A stretch of 64,000 nt of DNA from Eledone cirrhosa (lineage: Eukaryota). Where the stretch lies: the NCBI GenBank assembly GCA_964016885.1, contig OZ024743.1, positions 94,240,001-94,304,000 on the forward strand, written 5' to 3'. Both the position numbers and the translations under genes were made by a program. The notes under the pieces were generated by a model, which searched no databases, was not told where the DNA came from, and was given only the letters and a program-made list of their open reading frames with translations. Shown piece by piece: positions 13,571 to 23,924 of the stretch (position 1 is the stretch's first letter; each line of letters opens with the position of its first letter).

Positions 13571-14082
13571 CCGTATATGACGGCGTACAAGTCGACCCGG
13601 CGCATAAGTCGACCCCTAAAATTCTGAGATGTAATTCAAGTTTAGGCCTATATTCGCCGGATAAGACCCCCCCCCCCCAAAAAAAAAATATGGCAGTTGC
13701 AGGGCAAATAATAAAAAATCTTTAGTGGTGCGCTAAAAGCTAAGACACTTCTAAAACATTTCAGTCGTAAGTGAGTTCTAACTCACTGAGTATACCAGCT
13801 TAGCCAAACCTTAGCGAACCTATGGTAACCTAACCTATGAGCTACGGTAAGTCATTGATATTATAATCTCTACGTTAACAAATATGAGATTCAGTTGGAA
13901 ATAATTGTGGTGGGCTGCTAGAGCTATGGTAAGTAGTGTACAACGAGTGTTAGGCAGGCAGTTTCACTGTTTACCCTTTAGTGGTAAAGGTTCACATTTT
14001 ATATTCGGCGGAAAAGTCGACCACTGGTTTTGGAGAGATATTTGTAGGCTCCAAATGTCGACTTGTACATCGGCATATACGG
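13571..14082. mobile_element. Non-autonomous Tc1/mariner-pogo-like MITE
   Basis: Imperfect TIRs CCGTATATGACGGCGTACAAGTCGAC and GTCGACTTGTACATCGGCATATACGG, with TA on both sides. Confidence 0.75.
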
Positions 14083-14554
14083 TATGTAACTTTTATTCCT
14101 TTATAATTAGTAAATCAATCATGAATGCTAAGTATCTAATTGCTCACACAGGAGTAGCGGAAATGCTATTGCAGTTTTGTCCGTGGGGCGCAGCCGAAAT
14201 GCTGCCTCCCCAACCTAGGCGTAGAGCCGGTCACCATCTCCCCTTCTCCTCTGTTGTCCGTGGCCTAATAATCCTTGCCCTTTCCCTCCCTTTCTTCTCA
14301 TTTATGGCATTTATAATCCTTTACTTTACTTTCCTATATAACCAGAACTGCCCTTCTTTACCCTCCCCCTTTTTCATTATCTATATAATTAATTATGAAA
14401 ATTTAATAAATTATTTACAAAAACATTGTAAAATTAATTGTTTATTTATTTGAATTTTTATTATAAGTAGATAAATGACTTCTTATGTATTTGGAAAAAA
14501 TACTTTCATGGGGTCCTTATGGTCATATATAGATAATAGTTGTTTTACTATTTT

Positions 14555-15057
14555 GGCCAGGAAGGACAGGCAACTTTCCTCTGGTGGCAGTCGCGAAAGA
14601 GGTTGTATGGTGGACCAGGTTGAAAGGACTGAAGACAGACACTTTTCTCTTCGGCCTCATCAACCTTTTCAAGTTTCACTTGGAAAAGAAGGTGAAGGTG
14701 GAGAGAGAAGTGCTACCCCCCAGTACATTTGCTGAAAGGTGGGTGGATGTGGCGAGAATGGCCCGTGTGAGTGGGCCTACTCTGATCATGTGCCTGTAGG
14801 CTGGTTAATTTGAGGGGGAGAATGGTGGCCTTCCCGGGTGCCTTCGAAGCGTCGGGTGGTTCAAGATTGGTGGGGTACCTGAGTCAACACTGGGTGGTTA
14901 TCCCCCCTATTGGGGAATTTTCATTGTTGTATTTTTCTTGTTATTTGTTATTGTTATTTATATTTTTTACACGTTTTATATGTAAACCCCCACTGTCCCT
15001 GTCTAGTGTATTGTCCCCTATATGTCGGCCCTGGTGGCCAATAAATGAAACTATTAT
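14555..15057 (+). mobile_element. 5'-truncated copy of the Tx1/L1-like LINE found at 61304-64000
   Basis: Encodes VAVAKEVVWWTRLKGLKTDTFLFG...VSGPTLIMCL*, nearly identical to the C-terminus of the 61608-63893 ORF. Shares its 3' UTR and ATT tail. Confidence 0.9.
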
Positions 15058-15059
15058 TT

Positions 15060-15199
15060 TGGGTGGATTGGTAGTCTCGGTAGAGCGTCAGACACCATGC
15101 TTTGCAGCATAGAGTTATGGCCCTTTGCGTTCTGAGTTCAAATCCCGCCACGGTTGGCTTTGCTTTTCATCCTTACGAGGCCAATAAAATAAAGTACCA
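15060..15199 (+). mobile_element. SINE family A, 5' part (interrupted; 3' part resumes at about 20215-20290)
   Basis: A box (TGGTAGTCTCGG), B box (GAGTTCAAATC) and a core that ends abruptly at AAAGTACCA. Confidence 0.8.
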
Positions 15200-15992
15200 A
15201 AAACTCGCCAAAATGGCGACAAGGAAGGTCGCTTGACCACGTCTTGACCAAACAAAATATATTTTCACCAAAAACTGCTCTTTAAACACATGTCAGATGG
15301 ACTACAATATTCATTATTACAATTACTTTGACTGTTCCCTAACAACTAGTACCAGCTTCAACATAGAATTATTTTAACGAAGTATATTTGATTTGACTTG
15401 ATTTTCGCCAACAAACCACGTGTGGACATGGACGAGGAAAAAGAAAAAAAACCCAAATCACTACATCCCTTAGGCATCGCAGTAAGTACTCCACAAAACC
15501 TATAAACAACAATATAACACAGATTTATGTACAGATACATACTACATGCATATACACACAAGTGAAAAGAAACCACACTATTTCGTGTGAGACACTATAC
15601 CGGCCAATCTTACGTACATTTGTAAAATATTTCTGAACATTGACTTCGCTTCTAACCCACATACACATTTTAATTATATATATATATATATACTAGCAGC
15701 TGAAAGTTAATAATTTGAAAAATATTATTGAAAGTTTATTATAAAGAAGCAGTATCAGGAAAAAAACGTTATTTCGCTGTTAATAAACTGTTGCCTTCTA
15801 CAGTACGTTTCATTTAACTTACGCAGCATATTTATTTGTTTACATGCACAGACTCTTCTGTACACACACACACAACATTTAGGAAAACGGAAACAAAATA
15901 CACAAAAAAACAAAACAAAAAACAGACATTTTATTTCTATCGTAATCAAGTGCGCTAAACCTATATTGTTTACATTCTGTGTTTTTCTACGG

Positions 15993-17234
15993 ATGGGCAG
16001 AAATAACAAAATTGCCATGGTGATATCCATCGATGAAGTATGTGACAAAACTGGTCGATGTTCCAGAATAGAACGTTGCCCAGAAAATCACATCTGCCAT
16101 ATCTGTACGGAACCCGAAAACTCGTTCCGTAATCGTTGGGTCGAGTGTGGAACCTGTCATATCTCTGTCTGCCTTCAATGCGCCACAGGCTTCCGGAAGA
16201 TCCCAGGCCAAAACAAGAAACATCATATTGCTACGATGGATAGACTCTGGGAGATGGTCCAGCTAACAAATTGGTCCTTTCAGTGCCTGAACTGTATGCC
16301 TGCCTCTCCCATTGCTGTGGAACAGCAACAACAACAACAACAACCGAAATTCGTGTCTTCTACCATTGTTCCCGAACAACAACAACAAAAACCGAGGATC
16401 GTGTCTTCCTCTACCATTGTTCCTGAACAACAGCAAAAACCAACGACCGTAGCTTCTGCTACTACCCCTGTTGAAGGACTTCATCAACAACAGCAACCCA
16501 TGTCTTCCTCCCCCGTTACTTTTCAACAACAACAACCGACGACGGTGTCTTCCCTTACCATGCCTGTTGAGGGAGAAGAACAACAACAAAAATCGACCGT
16601 CAATACGGAGTTTGAGGAAATACGGCAAATGATTTCCGCTTTAAGCCGAGAAATAGCGGGAATAGAATCAAGCGTTCGTGTAGAACCCCACAATGAGGGA
16701 TCTTACCGGAGTGCCTTGTTAAAAAATCTCCGCGTACCTCATGTTGAACCTAGACGCACTGAGAATGCCACTGAATCTGAAAACCACGAAGTGATTGCCA
16801 TTGGTGTACCAGAAAACATAGTTGATCTTCAGGCATTTGCTGCCAGTTCATCCAAAGACTTGGGCTGTGCTCCCGCAAAGGGTGCACTACGCCTTGGCCG
16901 ACCAGGCCCGAAACCCAGGCTAATTAGACTGTCGTTTTCAAACTCAACTGAGGCACGTTCATACCTTGTAGCCTCTGATAAAGCTAGGCGTGAAAGTCGG
17001 ATTGCTTTCCGAACACGCCCTGGTCTTCCACCAGATGTCCGCCCAAAGTTGCGTGCTGCAGCTTCCTTAAACTGCAGCTCGGCAGAACATGAAAGCTTCA
17101 GCCTACGAGATGATGGGCAGATATGGAAGTTTGTTAAGGCTGGCGAAACATGGAAAAGAGATACCAGCTGGTCTGAAAACACCGTACCCACAACAACTGA
17201 CAATAAAGAAACTGAAAAAACTCTGGGAAACTAA
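15993..17234 (+). CDS. LINE ORF1 protein with N-terminal PHD-like finger and Gln/Thr/Pro-rich linker
   Basis: CHIC...WVECGTCHISVCLQC...FQCLNC. RLGRP..KPRLIRLSF motif typical of CR1/L2 ORF1. First ATG at 15993. Confidence 0.8.
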   Translation: MGRNNKIAMVISIDEVCDKTGRCSRIERCPENHICHICTEPENSFRNRWVECGTCHISVCLQCATGFRKIPGQNKKHHIATMDRLWEMVQLTNWSFQCLNCMPASPIAVEQQQQQQQPKFVSSTIVPEQQQQKPRIVSSSTIVPEQQQKPTTVASATTPVEGLHQQQQPMSSSPVTFQQQQPTTVSSLTMPVEGEEQQQKSTVNTEFEEIRQMISALSREIAGIESSVRVEPHNEGSYRSALLKNLRVPHVEPRRTENATESENHEVIAIGVPENIVDLQAFAASSSKDLGCAPAKGALRLGRPGPKPRLIRLSFSNSTEARSYLVASDKARRESRIAFRTRPGLPPDVRPKLRAAASLNCSSAEHESFSLRDDGQIWKFVKAGETWKRDTSWSENTVPTTTDNKETEKTLGN

Positions 17235-17287
17235 ATCAGAACAACCTGCCATCCCCTGCACATAATCATAGACTGGAATCAAGGTAC

Positions 17288-20062
17288 ATGAATGCACGTA
17301 GTCTATGCAATAAGATTCATCTTTTTGACTCCTACGTCAAAAGTATCAACCCTGACTTCATTACAGTCACGGAAACTTGGGCACATCCCTTACTCTGTGA
17401 TGGGGTTGTCAGCATGACTGGCTACAACCTGTTTCGTAAAGACCGCATTAATCGTCGTGGTGGTGGTGTAATGGTCTACGTTCGGTCAAATCTGTCGGCA
17501 ATTCCTTGTGTTGATTTGAACCAATCACAGCAGGAAGTTTTTTTCTGCGATATACGTATGACCATGTCAACACTGCTACTTGGAGTCGTTTACCGTCCCC
17601 CAAATTACCATCAGGACACTCAACTTTGTGATATCCTCAGAGCTGCTGCCAGAAAGACAGCCACTTATGTTTTCATTGCAGGAGACTTCAATCACCCTGA
17701 GATTGACTGGGAAACCTTTAGTTGGCTGCCAAGTGCAAATGACTTCCTTGAGCTAGTGCTGGACTCGAGTTGGTCCCAAGTGGTCACCTCCCCAACAAGA
17801 GGTGACAACACTTTGGACCTACTCTTCACCACTACTCCTGAAACGGCCATTAGTGTTACTGCTGAGGAACCTTTAGGTGACACTGATCATGCTATGATCA
17901 TTGCCAATCTATCCCTCATGGGCAGTAACAAGAACCACAACCATCTCCAAACTGCACACTTTGACTGGAATAAAGCAGACTGGAACTGTTACTGCACCGA
18001 GTTGCAACGGCCAAACTGGCTTGAGTTCTACGACTCTGGAGATGTCAACACAGTACTCCAGAACATCCTGAGCTCAATATGGACAGCATGTGCAGCATCG
18101 GTGCCACGTAAGCGGAAAAAACATCCCAAAAGTGCAATTTGGGCGACTGCAGCAGTCCGTCTTGCCAGAAAAGAACGGCGCAATGCTGAACGTGAGTACA
18201 AACTTCACAAATCAGACATTAATAGGAAGAGGCGAAATAGATCGTCCAACCACCTCAAACAGGTGACAAAAAAGGCAGTGCTTCAATGTGAGCAGCGCAT
18301 CGCAACCAGCCCCGACAGTAAGGTGTTCTGGAAGTATGTTTACTCAAAGCAGAGGCCTCACTCTCCAGTTGGTCCTCTTCACAATCCCCACACAAGCCAG
18401 GTTACTGACGACCCCAAGCAATGCGCAGAGCTCATTGCTGAATGCTATGCAGGCATTTTCACTATTGAAGACCAGAGTGTACCATCTCCACCACCTATGG
18501 CACCGGACTCTATTACAACCATGGAATTTACACCTGCAATGCTGCGACGTCACCTAAAAATAAACGCAACCATGTCTCTCCTGGTCTTGATGGTGTTAGG
18601 TACCTGCTTCTTAAACGTGGTGGGTACTTACTTCTGCACCAGTTATCACGCTTCTTCCAATTCTGTCTGAACAACAGTGCTACTCCAGAACAGTGGAAAA
18701 CTGCCAGTGTCATTCCTCTGTTCAAAAAGGGTGACCGCACATCACCTGTGAACTATCGTCCAGTCAGTCTTACTAGTTGCATTGCCAAACTGAAGGAATC
18801 CTGTGTCAGCGAAACACTTTGGAACTTCTGGAGCTCTCACAGTCTTATCCGACCCTCGCAATTTGGATTTATCCCCAACTCCAGCTGCTGTGATCAACTT
18901 ATCGAGTTTCTTGAGGACATCACCCGGATCACTGATGGCGGCTCATGGGTGGATGTTGTTTTCCTTGACTTTGCGAAAGCCTTCAATTCTGTGCCACACA
19001 AAAGGCTTATGGCAAAACTCTCTGCAATGGCTGTGAAGGATGATCTTTTTAACTGGCTGAAGTCCTTCATTCTCAGTCGAAGAGAGGTAGTCACAGTTCT
19101 AGGACAGCATTCCTCACCATATGAGATGTCATCTGGTGTACCACAGGGATCTGTTCTTGGCCCCTTTTGTTTGTGGCATATATTAATGACATAGATGCCA
19201 ACTTAAAGAATGCCACGGTACTAAAGTACGCAGATGATGTCATCTGCGTACTTTAGTACTGTGGCATTCTGTACCTTGAGATAAAAAGGACAGATCCTGA
19301 ACACTATAGATCTTGCTTACAGTCTGACCTGGACACAATGCAACAATGGATCTCAGACTGGCAACTCAAGCTAGCCGTGGACAAGTGCACCACCATGCAT
19401 TTTGGGAGTAAAAACCCAGCGTCTACATACTCCCTCAACAGCACTAATATCAAGAAGTCTTCTTGTGAACGTGACCTGGGCATTACGGTCAGCAGCGATT
19501 TGCGTTGGACGAAGCACGTCTCTAAAATTGTCAAGACGGCCGAGGGTGTCTTAGCATCACTCAGCAAGACCTTTGTCAGCCACTCTCCAGCTATCTATTT
19601 AAGGCTGTACATGACTATGGTGCGGCCACACTTAGAATTTGCATCACCAGTCTGGAACCCCTATCTTGCTCAGAACATTGACCGCCTGGAAACTGTTAAG
19701 AGACGTGCAACCAAGCGAATACCCTCCATCAAGCATCTACCATACGCTGAGCGCCTTGCTTCTCTGGGCATGGATACATTGAAGCTCGGACTGGGCAACT
19801 GACTTGGTAAACACCCACAAAATTGTTAACCATCTTGCCAACAACAACCCTGAGTACCTTTTTGATTTCCATGTGTCTAACACACGTGGGCATGCCCACA
19901 AAGTCAGAAAACAGCACAGTTCCCATGACTTTCGGAAACAATTTTTTCACGCTCAGAGTTGCTGAAGCATGGAACAAACTACCTGCATCGGTTGTTAGCT
20001 GTCGAGACACTGCATCCTTTAAGGCCTCCATGCTTCCCGAGATTCGCCAACACTACACCTAA
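17288..20062 (+). pseudogene. CR1-like ORF2 (APE endonuclease plus RT), disrupted
   Basis: NARSL, TETW, GGGV, YRPP, GDFN, LDL, TDH (APE). NYRPVSL, FLDFAKAF, GVPQGSVLGP, YADD, ERDLGI, RPHLEFASPVWNP, FFTLRV..WNKLP. Frameshifts at about 18555, 19165 and 19790, and a stop just after YADD. Confidence 0.9.
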
Positions 20063-20314
20063 TATTCCTCCTCCATACACATATACACATGTATACCATG
20101 ACTCATACACTATTCACTTCCCTGACATTTGTGTATTATTCTATGTACTATACATACACCTTTGACGAGTTGTAGTGCACCTGAACACTTTACACAATAA
20201 TTTCATTATTATTATAACACACTGGGGTGGATTTATCGACTTTCCCCTCCCTGAAAATTGCTAGCCTTGTGCCTAAATCGAAAACCATTATTTTGGGTGG
20301 TTATTATAGTTATT

Positions 20315-20515
20315 GGCAGTATAAGGGCGGTGGATTGGCAGTATCGGTAAAGGGTCGGACGCCATGCTTTGACGCATAGAGTTACGGCCCTTGCCATTCT
20401 GAGTTCAAATCCCGCCGAGGTTAACTTTGCTTTTCATCCTTATGGGGTCGATAAAATAAAGTACCAGTAATGCACTGGGATAATTGCTGGCCTTGTGCCA
20501 AAAGTAGAAACAATT
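20315..20515 (+). mobile_element. Full-length SINE family A with TSD
   Basis: A box TGGCAGTATCGG, B box GAGTTCAAATC and the family core. TSD ATTATAGTTATT at 20303 and 20513. Confidence 0.9.
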
Positions 20516-20760
20516 ATAGTTATTTTACGTTATCTATTATTCTATAATTTCAATATTTTATATAATTAAATATTCCTCCCGGTCTAATTCTTTATTCCTA
20601 AATAAATATATCGTAAGATATATTTTAAAACTACTTATTGTTACTGCTTAATCTTACTGGGTAATTTACCAGAGTTTATGGAATTTATAGAATTTATATG
20701 ATATTTATGACTAATATAAAACACGTATGTATACACCTATGTTGGGGCGAACGCCTTAAT

Positions 20761-20761
20761 T

Positions 20762-20793
<32 letters not shown>

Positions 20794-20914
20794 GTTGCTG
20801 TTGTTGTTGTTGCCGCCGCCACCACCACCTCCTCTACTACCACCATCACTATTGTTGCTGCTGCTGCTGTTGTTGTTGTTGTTGTTGTCGTCGTCGTCGT
20901 CGCCGCCGCCACCT

Positions 20915-20985
<71 letters not shown>
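20761..20985. repeat. Compound trinucleotide microsatellite (CTA/GTT/GCC/GTC)
   Basis: Seen directly. Confidence 0.95.
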
Positions 20986-20987
<2 letters not shown>

Positions 20988-22276
20988 CCACTCTACCTTA
21001 TTTAGTCTCAAATCTACATTCTAAGTTAAAATTCCGGTGAGGTTTTGAACTCAGGAAATTTTGTTAAATTTTTTGTCGAAAAAGTATCCGACTTTTCTTT
21101 CTTTTTTTGACGTGCTTCATTCAGTGGACGGATTGTTGGACTAAGTGTGTGGAGGCGCAAGGGGCCCACTTCGAAAAATATTCGCACCTAAACCCCACCA
21201 AATACGTATTTTGTCCTCCATATCTTCGGATACGTTTTAGATGTCTCGTATTTTTCTTTTCTATTTCCGCAATATGTGAAATTAAGAAAATAACTCCAGG
21301 TCTTTTTTTTCTTTTTCTTTTCTCTATATTCCAACAGATTACCATCATACATGTTCGGCTATATGGGTCACACCTAATATACTGCAGTCACACAGCAACA
21401 CACAAGATATATTTGTGTAGGAAAGACCAGAGACAAACAAAAAGAAGAACAAAGGTAAATTAAACAATTGACACATTGTTAATTGTAGTTGGTGAAACAC
21501 GTGAACACGTTTCGGAAGAAAACCAAGAGAAATTCTATTTTTAAAGCTGTATTTGTCAATTGAGATATTTAGAAAGTATTTTAGGAGTCAATTTGATCTC
21601 TGACTTGTTTTCTTTTTCTTCTCACGCTATATATGTCTTCCATCTAGTTTATTTTTTACTTCTTTTAAATTATATTGTGTTCTATATAACGGTGTTTTAG
21701 TAACCCAGTTTCTACATTCCTCTCGCGTTCTCTACCTTATACACATATTATCATCAACAATAATTATTTCCGGGGTTTTCTATATTTCTTAGTTTATTTA
21801 ATGAATATTCTGATTCATTAATTTACTGGGATCATCACGCTGAAGAAATATGTGTATTTGATAAACAGGGGCCGATGACAACTTCTTTTTCCGTCTTTGG
21901 TTTTCTTCCGAAACGTGTTCACGTGTTTCACTAGCTACAATAAACAAGCTACAATTATAAGCTATTTTATAGCATTGCCGCGCATGAGCACCCCATTCTT
22001 TATATTGCATTCATGCATGATCCTGTAACTCCTGATGGAGTCGTAGGGAGGCCATATTGACATACAGCGTGTCTAGGACATTTTAAAAACTTGGTGGAGC
22101 CCATCTCTTCCCCAGGTCTGAATACAACAGATTTCTTCCAGAGAAGTATAGAGAGAGTGAGACAATGGAAGTGAGAGAGAGATATAGAGAGTGAGAGAGT
22201 GGAAGTGAGAGAGAGAGGTAGAGAGTGAGAGAGTGGAAGTGAGAGAGAGAGATATAGAAGAAGAATGGACTTCAGT

Positions 22277-22350
22277 ACTTGATTGGTATTTTTTTATCGA
22301 TATCGAAAGGATGAAAGGCAAAGTTGACCTCGGTGGGATTGGAACTCAGA
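22277..22350 (-). mobile_element. SINE family A fragment
   Basis: Core GGATGAAAGGCAAAGTTGACCTCGG plus B-box complement. Confidence 0.7.
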
Positions 22351-23181
22351 GAGCTGAAACAAATACCACAACACATTCTATCCTACGTTCTTTATAGTTA
22401 TTGTTATTGTGTAGCTCCAGCTGTGATTGATCGAGGACACTTCAAGCCACGTAGTTTCGAGCCACGTCGCATCGAGCCACGTAGTTTCTGGTTCAAGCCT
22501 AAGTAAGCCAATCTATTATAACGGTTACCATACATGCTCCTAGATGCCGATTATATAATTTATTGTTCACTGGCGTCTAACAGGGAGATGTCCTAGGTAC
22601 TCTTCACTTTTCATTCGGAGTCGATGGCGTCACACGTAGCATGATAGTGTTTTTCAATGTTTGGTAGTGAGGACGTAGCTTGGCCGAATATTGAACAAGT
22701 TTGCTTCATAATTATTAGGTTGGAACCCATTGCGATGCATCCTGGATAAGTGTCATTCATCATAGCCTAGGACTGACCCAAGTTTGGGTGGACAGAAGCT
22801 GTTCGGAAGCCCATCGGATGGAAGGTCCCTCTAATTCAAATGTCCAGCTTTGTCATTCATTGTATCATACTGAACCTTATTGAACATTACGTTAAGAGTA
22901 CACGTCTCTGTGGAATACTCAACCACATATACTGTAATACAAGATGGACTGTGCCTGCAAGTGAAAGAGTCAACCACTTATACTGTAATACAAGATGGAC
23001 TGTGCCTGCAAGTGAAAGGGTCAACCTTGTCACTCACTGTGTTACGCTGAATCTCGCTGAGTCTAATGTTAAGGTACACACACGTCCGCACAACTGGAAC
23101 ACTCGTCATTGGAACCGAAGAAGGACCAACACACGCAACATAAATTTCGCAAATAAAAATATAAAACATTAAACTGTAGTA

Positions 23182-23850
23182 AAAGTACAAACAATTGTAG
23201 GGCTAGTCTAGAGTACTAAATACCCAGGGGCCGGCTCTACCTCGCTCCCTGTCATACACAGTTAAAGTACAAACAATTGGAGGGCTAACCTAGAGTACTA
23301 AATACCCAGGGGCCGGCTCTACCTAGCTCCCTGTCATAAACAGTTAAAGTACAAACCATTGGAGGGCTAACCTAGAGTACTAAATACCCAGGGACCGGCT
23401 CTGCCTCCCTCCCTGTCATAAACAGTTAAAGTACAAACAATTGGAGGGCTAACCTAGAGTACTAAATACCCAGGGGCCGGCTCTGCCTCCCTCCCTGTCA
23501 TACACCGTTAAAGTACAAACAATTGGAGGGCTAACCTAGAGTACTAAATACCCAGGGGCCGGCTCTGCCTCCCTCCCTGTCATACACCGTTAAAGTACAA
23601 ACAATTGGAGGGCTAACCTAGAGTACTAAATACCCAGGGGCCGGCTCTGCCTCCCTCCCTGTCATACACAGTTAAAGTACAAACAATTGGAGGGCTAACC
23701 TAGAGTACTAAATACCCAGGGGCCGGCTCTGCCTCCCTCCCTGTCATACACAGTTAAAGTACAAACAATTGGAGGCCTAACCTAGAGTACTAAATACCCA
23801 GGGGCCGGCTCTGCCTCCCTCCCTGTCATACACAGTTAAAGTACAAACAA
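23182..23850. repeat. 82-bp minisatellite, about 8 near-identical copies
   Basis: GTTAAAGTAC at 23261, 23343, 23425 and onward. Confidence 0.95.
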
Positions 23851-23924
23851 CAATGGGAAAAACAACAATGTGAAAAACAACAATAACAAAAATAGTTCCT
23901 AGTTTCTTAGTAGTGTATTCCTGA

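Larger units (their letters stand above)
15200..20214 (+). mobile_element. Near full-length CR1-like LINE
   Basis: Presumed 5' UTR, ORF1 with PHD finger, ORF2 APE-RT and an (ATT)n tail at 20205-20214. Bounded by the two halves of a SINE. Confidence 0.85.

Noticed and set aside
20326-20420. tRNA gene
   Set aside because: The A and B boxes belong to a SINE head. There is no cloverleaf, and it continues into the SINE core with a TSD.
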